The notes under the pieces: model-generated
Databases searched by the model: none
Told to the model about the DNA's origin: nothing
Seen by the model: the letters and a program-made list of their open reading frames with translations, nothing else
Program-made: the position numbers and the translations under genes
Source of the DNA: Octopus bimaculoides
Taxonomy: Eukaryota
Reading direction: 5' to 3'
Assembly: GCF_001194135.2 (NCBI RefSeq)
Contig: NC_068982.1
Location: forward strand, 8,982,294 to 9,046,293
DNA: 64,000 bases
Shown: piece by piece, positions 52,300-64,000 of the stretch
Numbering within the stretch: position 1 is the stretch's first letter
Layout of the letters: the number at the start of each line of letters is the position of its first letter

Positions 52300-53900
52300 A
52301 CATCTGGAAGGTGGTCTCAATGCTTTCGGGGTATTTCTATGCCATATATTTACGTGTATTTGCATGTGTTTGCGAATGCCGCGTTTAAGTCCGACTATGG
52401 TCATTCAAATGTGACAGTCATGTAGTAGTAACGTGACTTCGTGTAATTGTGTATTTGATGACAATGTTCCTGAGCATGTGGCGAATGGTTGATAACGTGT
52501 GCACACGTGTGCGCCCGCGTGATCGTGTGTGTGTATGTGAGTTACGGACTTTATGTTACGCAATGAAATGAATATTTGTAAATGTATGAAAGTCCAGTAT
52601 ACGTATGTATGCGTGCAAAGAGTGTGAATGTGGGCTGTGTTTGTATGTGTAGTAAAAGATGACACAGGAGGAAGGAATGGGCATTTGTGAATGAAAGCGA
52701 TATGCCATGGAAGGGAAAAGTTGCTAAGCTCGAAGCTACTAGTAGCTGCATAATTTGTGTAAGGCCAATCAAACTCGTTGAAAAAGCTTGTTGAGTGATC
52801 CGCAGAGCAGAAGCGGTGATGTTCCAAGAATCGGTCAGCGAATCGGCAACCGAAATGCAACGCTTCAAAGTAAGATCATTTAAGGTGGACCCTTGTGAAC
52901 CTGCAGGTGAGAAAATCAGAATCGTGAACAGTAGGGTAGTCGCATCTTGTGAGGGAATCATTTGATGCGACAATAGGCCCCACGAACAAGGGAAGGATCT
53001 AGAAACTGTAGGAAGGGGATTGGGTGGTGGATACGGATCAGTAAATTTACAGTTTACGGTGTTCTTTGAATGAGCCGAAGTGTAAATTAGGGAATAGTTA
53101 GCGAGCGAATGCACGTAAGAACTTGTGGCGGAGTTAAGGAGGATGGGTGGGAAAAAAATGGAAGAATATGTACTTCGTAGTGAGATATCTGCTCTGTAGA
53201 TGAGAAGGCAGCGGTGGAGAAGAATTGGCGAGCTCGGATTACAGTAGCTTGAATAAGGTAATGTGATATTCTCTTTGAATGTAGAGACGGACCATGTACA
53301 GATAATGCGAATGGGTTTCGAAGTCGCGGCTCGAGGATCGGCTTTGAGGAAATAATGGAGAGAGAATAAGTGATAGGCTTCTCGGTGTAATACAGATCCA
53401 GATAGGAGTAGTAACCGGTGTTTTATAGAAGGTCTTATGGTGTGAGTAAGGTTGGGAGACACAGCGATATCTGGAATGTTAAAAGATATTTCCGAGATGA
53501 CAGAAGAAATGAATTCAAGTAAAGAATGAAAAGGGTTGACATTTGAGGTAAAAGCGTTCAGTTGTTTCCTGGGAAAGCGACAAAGCTGATTAATAATCTA
53601 AAAGCAACCGTATAGCCTCGGATTGAGGTCGGTAAGTTTTGAAAAGATTTAGCCTCAACTTAGCCAACCTCCCCAAAACTACGGTGCTTTTAGGGCACAT
53701 CATTTTCTGGTAGTCCTCGCATTCGAAAAAGAATTACTTCAATTTGCGTACGAATCCCACTGAGTGGTGGAGGCTGCACATACTCTGTAGGAGGTTGTTA
53801 TAACTTAGTAAGGCATTTGAGGTTAGGAGAGAGTTGTGGTGGCCGCAAAGCGAGTTATTGTTTATGATGAAGAGAAAATGGTAGCGTGGTGTATGTATGT
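52300..53900 (-). mobile_element. Decayed Penelope-like element (RT core, thumb, GIY-YIG)
   Basis: PRLYGCF (degenerate RYIDD region), YSYLDLYY..KP..PFALSVH..LIQATVIRARQF (thumb) and FGCRFADRFLEH (GIY-YIG); the 303-aa track ORF is a frameshifted by-product. Confidence 0.7.
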
Positions 53901-54121
53901 GTGTGTGTGAACGAGGGGCGGTCAGGATATAAAGAGAAACAATTTTGAAGGGTCTAAGAACATTTTAGTTGTTATAGATGTGAAAATGGGAAGAAAAATC
54001 TAAAGGATGAAACTGTAGATGTACGGATAATGATTTTAGATAAGCAGTTATTTATCAATTATCTATCTATCAATCATATACACACACATATTTAAAGTAT
54101 ATGTATACCTATACATGCATT

Positions 54122-54159
<38 letters not shown>

Positions 54160-55920
54160 CGGATATAATTTATATATATATATATATANNNNNNNNNNNN
54201 NNNNNNNNNNNNNNNNNNNNNNNNNNNNNNNNNNNNNNNNNNNNNNNNNNNNNNNNNNNNNNNNNNNNNNNNNNNNNNNNNNNNNNNNNNNNNNNNNNNN
54301 NNNNNNNNNNNNNNNNNNNNNNNNNNNNNNNNNNNNNNNNNNNNNNNNNNNNNNNNNNNNNNNNNNNNNNNNNNNNNNNNNNNNNNNNNNNNNNNNNNNN
54401 NNNNNNNNNNNNNNNNNNNNNNNNNNNNNNNNNNNNNNNNNNNNNNNNNNNNNNNNNNNNNNNNNNNNNNNNNNNNNNNNNNNNNNNNNNNNNNNNNNNN
54501 NNNNNNNNNNNNNNNNNNATATATATATATATATATATATATATACACGCACGCGCACACACCTGAACGCATACATACAAGCATATATTTCTACCGTCAT
54601 CTGGAAACAAATACCTTTCTCTCGTGTTTTAGCTCCCACTACTACTTATTATTTTTTTTTCATCTCAGGTTTTGTTGCAGCTCCTGCTACCATGCTGTCT
54701 GTTCTTTCCAACTACCTTTCCTGGTTATTCTGGCCATGCCAAGGAGGCAAACCTTTTGTAACAATTCTACTGGGCACTATACCGATTTCCTTTATATTCC
54801 TCTTGATAGAAAAAAAAAAGGAAAAACGAAAGTCGGAATACAGTGTCCAGTATAACTGAGTTTTTGTTTTTAATATGTAGGTGCAGACATGGCTATCCGG
54901 TAAGAAGCATGCTTCTCAACCGACTGATAATTATCCAAAGGCTGGCAACTGCAGTTGTTAGTGAAAGGTAGAAGGTTTCGATGCTACAAATGTGGAAACA
55001 CTAATCACCCCAGTCTTCTGCTCTCAACGACAATCGAAAATAATAGCTACAAACAAAAAAAAAAAAAAAAAAAAGACCTTCTCTATTGCCAATATCACTA
55101 TTGGCAACGCTACGAGTCCTTTTTTATTTAAACAAAGATACTTGTGGCTGAAGCTGTCTCGCAGTAAATTTGATGGAGTTGAGGTGATCTGCGTACCAGA
55201 ATTTTTTCAACCATTTCATATATCCATTATACATATTTTCAGGAATTTTTGTTTAGTTGTAGAATCTAAATAACATCAGAAGAGTACTTATATCTTAGAT
55301 AGCTTACTGGTTCTGAAGTGCCGTTTTCATCTGTGGTAGTGCTCGTATTTTCATTCATTATCGTGTTAGCAAAATTCCACACAGTATAGGATATAGTTTT
55401 TCAAAATCGTCTATGAATAATGTTGTTTCTATTATTTATAATTGGATAAATAAAACGGTGACTGATGTAGAGTGGAGGAGTTGGCGTAAGTGAAGAAGAA
55501 AACGTTCAAAAAGTAATTGATGTTGACGGCGCCATTTGTATGTATATATGTATGTGCATACGTATTTATATATGTATGTATGTGTGTGGGGGGGGACGTG
55601 TGTGTTTATGACAATTTCATTATTCATTTGGAAATCTTTAATAGAAATATGACAACCAATCCACCGAATATATTAAAATATGCAAGACAAGTAAGATTCA
55701 ACAAAATTAATTCTCAAACATAGGTCAAAGTGTGACAATTTTAAACAGGTCAATTGAAAATTCATAGTAGAGTTATACTGAATAATTATAGGATTTATAA
55801 GCATTTTTCACAGCATACTGAAACAATACGATTATACATCTGATGTACTGACAATAGTTGATTCAACATAACGGTAGATTTTATACATACATACATACAT
55901 ACATATATATATATATTTAT

Positions 55921-56273
55921 TTTCTTTTATTTGTTTCAGTCATTTGACTGCGGCCATGCTGGAGCACGGCTTTTAGTCGAGCAAATCGACCCCAGAACTT
56001 ATTCTTTGCAAGCCTAGTACTTATTCTATCGGTGTCTATTGTCGAACCCCCAGCATCGGTTGTCAATCCTTGTTGGCGGAACAAACACAAACACACACAC
56101 ATATATATACGACGTGCCTCTGTCAGTTTCCGTCCATCAAATCCACTCACAAAGCTTTGGTCAGCCCGAGGCTATAGTAGAAGACCCTTGCCCACAGTGC
56201 GATGCAGTGAGACTGAACCCAGAACCATGTGGTTGGTAAGCAAGCTACTTACCACACAGACACTCCTCCGCCT
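55921..56273 (-). mobile_element. SINE family A, full-length
   Basis: Reverse complement of the head (56200-56273) and tail (55925-55990), with a short internal (CA)/(TA). Confidence 0.9.
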
Positions 56274-56573
56274 ATAGGTTAATAAATCGTATGGTATAAA
56301 CCTGGTAGTCTACCAATAAAGAAGCAAGTTCAGCTTCTCAGTGTTCGTTGGGTATTTGATTCATGAAAGAAATGGATGATGGAACACACGATAATGTTCA
56401 TTGATCACTACATCTGTTTCGACCCATGTAGCATCGATCCTCCGTGCATGTATCTCTCTCTCTCTCTCTCTCTCTCTCTTTATATATATATATATATATA
56501 TATTATTATGATTGACCGTTGACTGAACACTATTCAATTTTTTTTCTCTGTGCTTTTCTCCTTGTCTCCGTAT

Positions 56574-56610
56574 TCTTTCTGTTGAAGAGCGTAGCTCGAA
56601 ACGTCAAAGA
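56574..56610 (+). ncRNA. Minimal type I hammerhead ribozyme motif in a Penelope-type tail (core variant)
   Basis: UCUUU (stem I), CUGUUGA, A, GAGC gua GCUC (stem II), GAAAC GUC, AAAGA (stem I'); palindromic loopless stem III (ACGU); one core deviation (A6 to U). Confidence 0.6.
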
Positions 56611-56899
56611 CTTTCCGTATTCCCGAGCGTCATACTAATATATACTTTTGTTATTTACACCACCTGTCCTCGTCTGTTGTTATTTTTTGTATATTCTCCC
56701 ATATACTNNNNNNNNNNNNNNNNNNNNNNNNNNNNNNNNNNNNNNNNNNNNNNNNNNNNNNNNNNNNNNNNNNNNNNNNNNNNNNNNNNNNNNNNNNNNN
56801 NNNNNNNNNNNNNNNNNNNNNNNNNNNNNNNNNNNNNNNNNNNNNNNNNNNNNNNNNNNNNNNNNNNNNNNNNNNNNNNNNNNNNNNNNNNNNNNNNNN

Positions 56900-56932
<33 letters not shown>

Positions 56933-57292
56933 GAGAGAAAATTAAAGATAAAAATAAGAAAGTAAAATATAATACACAAGTAACACGAATTGATGATAAG
57001 GCATGGTGGAAACAAACAAATGGATGTGTTCAGTGAGACGAAATAGAAACACGAGAAAAATATGTACAATACCGAACTGATGCCGTCTTTTACAGATATA
57101 GATAGTTTTTGTGTCATCGAATGAAGCCGTGCCTCTGGCTTAGTGCGGTGACAACACAATCTCGCTGAACGAAAAGAAATTCCCATTTATTGCAGAGTAC
57201 ACTGAACCGATATCTTTTGTCCTACTTTCAAGCAACACCATCCTCTTTTCTTGGCTATCTTCCTACGCGACTTCAAAAATGTTGAAACTTAC

Positions 57293-57414
57293 TATCTTTT
57301 CCCCATTCTGGTCTGGTCTTCTAATAAAGTCTGTGACTGGAACGTTCGCTTCTGTATCCTTTATAAATGTAAACAACATATAACTTAGATAGATGAAACA
57401 GTATGTTGTCTGTC
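57293..57414 (-). CDS. Candidate exon 2 of the minus-strand gene (QTTYCFIYLSYMLFTFIKDTEANVPVTDFIRRPDQNGEKI)
   Basis: Very strong acceptor (T)10-ctgcag|G and consensus donor ATA|GTAAGT; 122 nt, only one frame open (phase 1 in, phase 0 out). Confidence 0.55.
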
Positions 57415-57469
57415 CTGCAGAAAAAAAAAATATCTAAACCTTTCTCTTAAATAATCCTTTCTAATATAA

Positions 57470-57672
57470 GCATAAGGCCGGAATTTTTTGGGGAGGAGGG
57501 GCCAGTCGATAAGATCTACCTCAATATGAAACTGGTACTCAATTTATCGACCCCGAAAGGATGAAAGACAAAGCCAACCCCAGCGGAATTTGAACTCACA
57601 ACGTACAGACGGTCGAAATACCGCTAAGCATTTCGTCCAGCCTGCTAACGATTCTGCCAGCACAGCGCCTTA
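57470..57672 (-). mobile_element. SINE family B
   Basis: Reverse complement of the family B body and head. Confidence 0.85.
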
Positions 57673-57924
57673 CTCTGTCTCTTGAATAATAAAAGATGTA
57701 TTAGGTAATACATCTTTTGTTGTTATAATAAATCAGTGGCATAGTCACAACTTATTTTTTTTCATTCGCTTGGCCTCATCTGACCTTAGGACATATGGCA
57801 ACCACACGATACTCTTCTGCTCTTATCTCCAATTCTGAATCCTTTGTTCCATGTGTATATGCAGACGATAACTCAATACGGTTATGTCTAAGCATAACGA
57901 TTGAGGTAGCGATGAATATCTTTT

Positions 57925-58225
57925 AACTCTTGTTCTTTTCTCAGTCATTAGACTGGGGTCAGGGTGTGGGATTTCTTCAAAGAATTTTTCGCGGAATGAA
58001 TCGATCCCAGTACTTATTATTTTCATGTATGGTCCTTATTCTATTCACCCTTTTAACTAAACCGTGCTGGTGGACAGACACAAACACACACACAAATGTG
58101 TATTTCCGTCTACTAAATCCACTTTTAAGGCCCGAAGCTACAGTAGAAGACACTTGCCCAAGCTGCTGCACAGTCAGACTTAGCCCGGAGCCATGTAGTT
58201 GAGAAGCAAGTTTCGAACCATACGA
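57925..58225 (-). mobile_element. SINE family A, decayed
   Basis: cttttctcagtcattagactg..tttccgtctactaaatccac..gaagacacttgcccaag..ccggagccatgtagttgagaagcaag. Confidence 0.7.
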
Positions 58226-58589
58226 CCAAGATTGCGATATATTTAGGATATATAATAAAATACAAAGCATGAAAATTGCACTACTATATTAAGTCTGACG
58301 CTAGTAATATTTTTGAAGAGGATGGCATTTCTGAGTTCTTTATTCCCTAAATAGACCTATATTTCTTCAAGCTGCGCACACCCTTACATGCTTTTACATT
58401 AAGTCTATTAATTTCTCTTCACTAATTTGGAATGTGGGGAGAAATAAATTTCGCGGTCGAAGTCATATTAAACATGCTTCAATTATTTCAATAGAGACTA
58501 AATAATTAACATTATTTCAATAGAGATTAAATAATTATAATGCAGTGTTCTTTTTTATTTTGAAAGCTACATATTTAGGGAACGCTTTC

Positions 58590-59128
58590 TCTTTATCGAC
58601 ACTGGAGCGCTAGAAGCCAAGTTCGACTTCAGTGTGATTCCAACATAGAACGTAAAGTATTGTAGATAAATAGCAGAATGTTAGTCAATGTTCAATATTA
58701 TTTATTGTTTTTTTTTTTTTTACTAAGACGGCGAGCTGGCAGAATCGCTAGCACGCTGGACATAATGCTTGGCGGTATTTCACTCATCGCTACAGTCTGA
58801 GTTCAAATTCTGCCGAAGTCGACTTTGCCTTTCATCATTTCGGGGTCGATTAAATAAGTACCAGTTAAGCACTGGGGTCGATATAATCGACTTAATCCCT
58901 TTGTCTGTACTTGTTCGTCCCCTCTATGTATAGTCCGCTGTGGGCAATAAAGAAATAAATATTATTAATAGTTTTTTTTTTCTAAGGCGGTTAGCAAGCA
59001 AAATCGTTAGCACGCTGGACGAAATGCTTAGGGGTACTTCGCTTGTCGCTACATTCTTAGTTCAAATTCCGCCGAGGTCGTCCTTGCCTTTCATCCTTTC
59101 GGGGTCTTTAAAATAAGTACCAGTTAAA
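58590..59128. mobile_element. SINE family B cluster (decayed minus 58590-58692; plus 58724-58955; plus 58984-59128)
   Basis: aagacggcgagctggcagaatcg..gcctttcatcatttcggggtcgattaaataagtaccagt; second plus copy runs into a 10-N gap. Confidence 0.85.
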
Positions 59129-59405
59129 NNNNNNNNNNACGTTTGGCGCATTATTTCTAACTAGCTTTTTGCAAACTCCCTAAATTAAATAAGCGTTTAC
59201 TAAACAAGTACTATTTTATATTCCGCCTAATCGAATTTACTTGGGCTGAAAGATGGAAAACTTCTTTCACTCAAACAGCAGAGTATTATTTCACTAGTAT
59301 GCAAAAGCTAGGCCCTTTATGAAAGACCAGGCATAGACTTAACTGCATATAAATACATTGCTGTTTTAGGGTGTGGGTTGTTTTAGGATATATGATAGTG
59401 GCTAT

Positions 59406-59441
<36 letters not shown>

Positions 59442-59477
59442 GTGTATATATATATGGCATGTATATATGTAAATATA

Positions 59478-59850
59478 TTCATTTGTTTCAGTCTTTTGAT
59501 TGCGGCCATGTTGGAGCAGCACCTTAAAGGGTTTTTAGTCGAACAAATTGACCCCAGTAATTCTTTGTTACTCTAGTACTTATTCCGTCGGACCTTTGAG
59601 ACGTACCGCTAAGTTAGATGTAAACATAACATCGATTGTCAAGCGATGGCGGGGGAGGGGAGAAAACACAAACATAAAGACAACACACACATACATATAT
59701 ATACGACGGGCTTCATTCAGTTTCCATCTACCAAACCCACCTACAAGGCTTTGGTCGGCCCGAAGCTTATAGCAGAAAACGCCACGCAGTAGGATTGAAT
59801 CCGGAACAATGTGGTTGTGAAGCAAGCTTGTTATCACAGCCACACGTATA
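59478..59850 (-). mobile_element. SINE family A, near full-length
   Basis: tttgtttcagtcttttgattgcggccatg..cgacgggcttc..ccggaacaatgtggttgtgaagcaagctt. Confidence 0.85.
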
Positions 59851-59870
59851 CACACACACACACACACACA

Positions 59871-59900
<30 letters not shown>

Positions 59901-59902
<2 letters not shown>

Positions 59903-60461
59903 GGGCTATTCAAGAAGAATGAACCGATTTCATTACACAATATTTTAATTTTAAAAAAGCAATAGAAAACTCCAGCTAAGCCACAAGTATTTACTCACAA
60001 TCGGTTTTCGTTTCCTGTCTTACAAGTGTCCAATGTGGCCACCACCTGTAGCACAGGGAACTTCAATGCGATTAGAGAAATCTTCTCAGACGCGTATCAG
60101 CATATCATAACCCACTGAGTCGATCGTTGTTGTTATTCGATGTTGAAGGTCATCGAGGTTAGTGGGTAGCGGTGGAACATAAACGCGATCTTTTACATAA
60201 CCTCACAAGAAAAAAAAAATCACACATGGTGGATCACACACTCAGTGAATCGCAATATGCCGATACGCGTCTGTGAGGAATTCTCTTATCGCATTGATGT
60301 TCCCCGTGTTACAGGGGGTGGCCACATTGAACACTAGCAAGATAGGAAATAAAAGTTGATTGTAAGTAAATACTTGTGACTTAGCTGGAGCTTTTTTTTC
60401 TTGCTCTTCCGTATTAAAATATTGCGTAATGAAATCGGTTTATTCTTTCTGAATAACCCTG
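59901..60461. mobile_element. Foldback Tc1/mariner derivative with arms of about 220 bp containing the transposase C-terminus
   Basis: 59901-60120 is the near reverse complement of 60240-60461, with TA flanks; minus strand of spacer plus left arm reads FFL*GYVKDRVYVPPLPTNLDDLQHRI..GGGHIGHL*. Confidence 0.9.
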
Positions 60462-60497
<36 letters not shown>

Positions 60498-61067
60498 CAC
60501 GTATGTAGGAACACATATATGCATTTATAAAAAAGCTTGATTTCCAACCACATGTGAGTGTGTGTGTGGTGCTGATGCACATTTATACTAGAGAGAGAAC
60601 GAGTATTGTGCTGTTGGTTTTGTGTGTTACATATTCCATATACAAGGATGCTAGAAAATGCGGATAGGATTATTTATAGAAACGCTTAAGCTCAGTTCAC
60701 CTCCAAGAATGCCAGGAGCATCATCAACTCCGTCACCACCCCCTTTACCTTCATCACAATCATCATCCTCATCACTTCTTTCTGAAACGGAGTCATTCAT
60801 AAACACATACGCACAGATAATTACGTTATAAAATATATTGGCTTTGAGTAAAGAATAATTGTAGATACAGAAACTAAAAGGAACGAAAGAAAATTAGTAA
60901 AATTCGGTAATCGTTATTGTAATTAGTGATTACTTGGAGAAGACTGAATGATAGAAATCATTGTTAATGAGCATCAGTTTCGTTTTCACCTGATAATCTT
61001 TGTAGATTTTTAATCATTGTTTCTTAGCCAACATTTTATTCAATTTTAGCCTCTTTATTTTTCTTAC

Positions 61068-61080
61068 CCCTACGTCCCAT
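61068..61080 (-). CDS. Candidate first coding exon (ATG GGA CGT AGG G) of the minus-strand gene
   Basis: aaaATGG context, donor G|GTAAGA in phase 1, matching the phase-1 start of exon 57414-57293. Confidence 0.45.
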
Positions 61081-63575
61081 TTTCTCTCAATATCATTATT
61101 CTTAAGAATTTGTTGTTTATCTTTTAACAACTTTCGGACTCATTGCTCACGCTCAGACTTGTTTGATCTTTTGCAATTATGTTACACAAGAAACCATATC
61201 TATAGATAAATATCTAAAATAAATATATACTAAATACGTGGGGGAGTATTCCAAAGTAAAGTATATCAAGTAACTTCATTATTTCTATTTCAGTAAAATG
61301 AAATTTCTTTTTCTTCCTTCATCAACATAATCCCAATTTCCCCATGAATATTCTGACAGGTGAATGGCGGTGTAGTCTTGTACATTTTATGAATTTAATG
61401 CATGCGTTTATCTTAAACGCTATTTGATGATTTTCTCCCACTGCCTTTCAGAAATGTCTAAAAATCATAGTTATTCTTGAGTCTTCTCCCTCAATGCCCA
61501 AAGCAATATTAATCGATGAGGAAAAACAGTGTAATAATAATAATAAACCGCTAATTGTTGGTGAAAAAAAACTTGAATCCAATTTTGACCTCTATTGAGA
61601 ATTACTCAAGATATACAAGTGCTGACCTTGTCAAAATAAAGTTGTTGAACTGAAGTACAATTGTCCGAAGAAAATCAATTTTCCAGCAGTTCCTCTTTTG
61701 ATCTTTTCATTTAATTTTTCTGTTCGTACCTGCTGGTAGTTGAGACACTTGACAGCTCTCACTCGATATGTCTTATTTACCATTGGTGGAATTTAGTAGA
61801 AACAAATCGGTAAATTATCCTTGGTTATGAGATAACTTCATTTTCTAACGGTTCTAAGGAAAGTCTTTGAATTGCAGGTTAATTTACCTTTTGTAGTAAA
61901 TGAATTTTTCTAATCGAATGACACAATCATTACTCCCATTTACTGACAATATCAACATTAGTTTCCAACCAGTGGAGAACATTTCTGTCCAAACATCATT
62001 AAGAATATTCAGCTATAGTATCACTTTGCTTGTTGAAACCTCTTCACTTCATTTACGTCACTAGTAATTTCTCGAACAAAAATTAAATAAAAAATAAAGG
62101 AAGTCACAATAAACTTACTTGTGAATAAGTTTAGTGGATTAACGTTGATCCTTTAAATAGGAAGAATGTATTACATTAACAGACAGAGAAGGAAATTATG
62201 CTTAAAGGAATTGGACATACAGAAGGAGGTAGGAATGTTTCATTTTTTCTGTTTGATATCTCTCATATCTAATATCAGTAACATCTACAGACATCTCCCC
62301 CACAGTGTACCTCATACGTTCCTAAATGATACACATTTACTTGGAGTTTGTCATACCTGCAACTCATTAAACACATGCTAATTAATAGGACTCCACTATT
62401 TGTAGCATTGAAGTGTTCTTCGTTGTGATGATGAAGTGGGTTTAGTGTCTTTTGGGAATAAAATATTTTTGCCATGGAACCACGACAAAAAAAAAACAAA
62501 CTACATTAGAATAAAAGAATCATCGGCATTTCGTTTTGAAATCCTAACAGCTAAATGACGGTTAATATTCATGAGGAAAATAACTATAGAAAGGGATTAA
62601 AACTATACAGGAATCCTTACAGATTAAGTGCTAAATTTGGACATGTTACCAAATCGTTTACGAGTAATGTGGAAACTTCCATATTTATGGCGTTATTTCA
62701 TATTTTCTTCTTTTTTTAAATATCTACTAGTCGAAAGATGTTTTTAAAAAAATATGTATATATGAGCTTGTTATTAATGTAAATTGAATTATAAACAAAA
62801 CATACATTACGTATTTATGTATATATAATTTCATATACACGCATATATTTTTTTGTTGTTATTAATATTGAAAATTTATGAAGATAATATATATATTCAT
62901 CTTTTTCTGAATATTGTTTTAATGTAAAAGAAAAAGAATCCATATCTATGGTTTCAAACATTTTTCTCTTTTTTTTTTAATAATGGTTGTATAATCAAAA
63001 TAACTAGACCCAAGAAAAGGGCAATGAAATTACATTTGTTGTTGGTTTGCAAGGTTTGATTTAAATTTTTCCTTTTTACTTTCTTCATCTTACACACAAA
63101 TATATTATAATATATTTCTTTTGTGTGGTATGTGTTGCTTTATATTAAAATGGAAAAGAAATGAAAATAAAAATAAATGCAGAATATTTGTTTGTTAAAT
63201 CATATTCAATAAAAGTTATCAAAACATATAAAGAAATGTTGGATATTGTGGTGTGGAAATACGATCATAAACAGAGCTCATAAATCGAAACTACTTCATC
63301 TATATCACTGATGCCTCCGGCAAAACATCATATGAACAATTCCTGTTACACTTCTTATAGAAAGATAAATTTGAATCATCCCGCCTTCTTCAGATATATT
63401 TATATTTAACAATCTTTTTGATCTTGAAAGATATGACTGTTATTTTTTTTAATAATTGTAATAAAATATTTTATCGTCTTACTTTTTTACGCCTACGTAA
63501 GTACGTGAAAACATACAGTTAACAAACACATACACTCATATCTGTATACATACAAATGCATAGACACACACACAC

Positions 63576-63619
<44 letters not shown>

Positions 63620-64000
63620 CAGTATTTCATACTTAACACTCCTGTTTTATGCTACTTCATTTATTTTTGTGTCTTATTTTCAAATAAATATTGAAGATGT
63701 TTATTGTGATATGGTGTGTCTGCTTAATATTGTGTTACTTGTTATGTTTTCAAAAGCGTCGTATAAACCATTTAAAATATTTTAAATATTAATTGAAAAG
63801 TTATTCGTAAAAAATTGGCTGAGGAATATCAGAAGTAGAATCGATTTAAAAAATTCCAAATAACAGTGTTTTAGTAATTTGCCTTAATAATTCCATTTTA
63901 TGTTAATATTTGTATAGCATATTTGTTATGAGTGCGGAGGTTAATGTGAACTTATGTTCATCAAAGGAAATAGTAATTCGAGTTCGTTTGATATATTAAT

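Noticed and set aside
52551-53462. Longest track ORF (303 aa)
   Set aside because: Off-frame read-through of a decayed Penelope-like element; the recognisable motifs are spread over different frames.
61260-62060. Minus-strand hydrophobic, protein-like fragments upstream of the candidate first exon
   Set aside because: All frames are broken by frequent stops and no family motif was recognisable; cannot support a pseudogene call.
62161-62228. Plus-strand exon-like segment RMYYINRQRRKLCLKELDIQKE with a WW-like YY motif
   Set aside because: Lacks the tryptophans and spacing of a WW domain, and there are no supporting neighbouring exons.

Overview
AT-rich eukaryotic genomic scaffold with ten N-gaps (13896-14187, 25907-26190, 27203-27449, 28174-28357, 29936-29945, 34057-34106, 38374-38578, 54189-54518, 56708-56899, 59129-59138), most flanked by microsatellites. 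The repeat content most resembles an octopod cephalopod genome (inference from remembered repeat motifs; species not verifiable). Almost every ORF in the supplied track is an artefact of TA/CA/GA repeats or N-runs. The window is dominated by decayed mobile elements: three tRNA-derived SINE families (called A, B, C here; about 30 copies), Penelope-like elements (RT + GIY-YIG, one with a recognisable minimal hammerhead ribozyme), R4/Dong-type RLE LINEs, RTE and CR1/L2-type LINE ends, and non-autonomous Tc1/mariner derivatives. Host-gene signals found by manual splice-site reading are: a minus-strand, phase-compatible three-exon start of a probable secreted or type II membrane protein (61080 to 51442, downstream exons unresolved); a weaker minus-strand short secreted-peptide model (11028 to about 6650); and a compact TATA/Inr promoter at about 11.3-11.45 kb. 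No intact transposase or RT, no true tRNA/rRNA gene and no CRISPR array. I found no convincing new multi-gene system; the best leads are the gene models, the variant hammerhead, the foldback transposon and non-random SINE arrangements.
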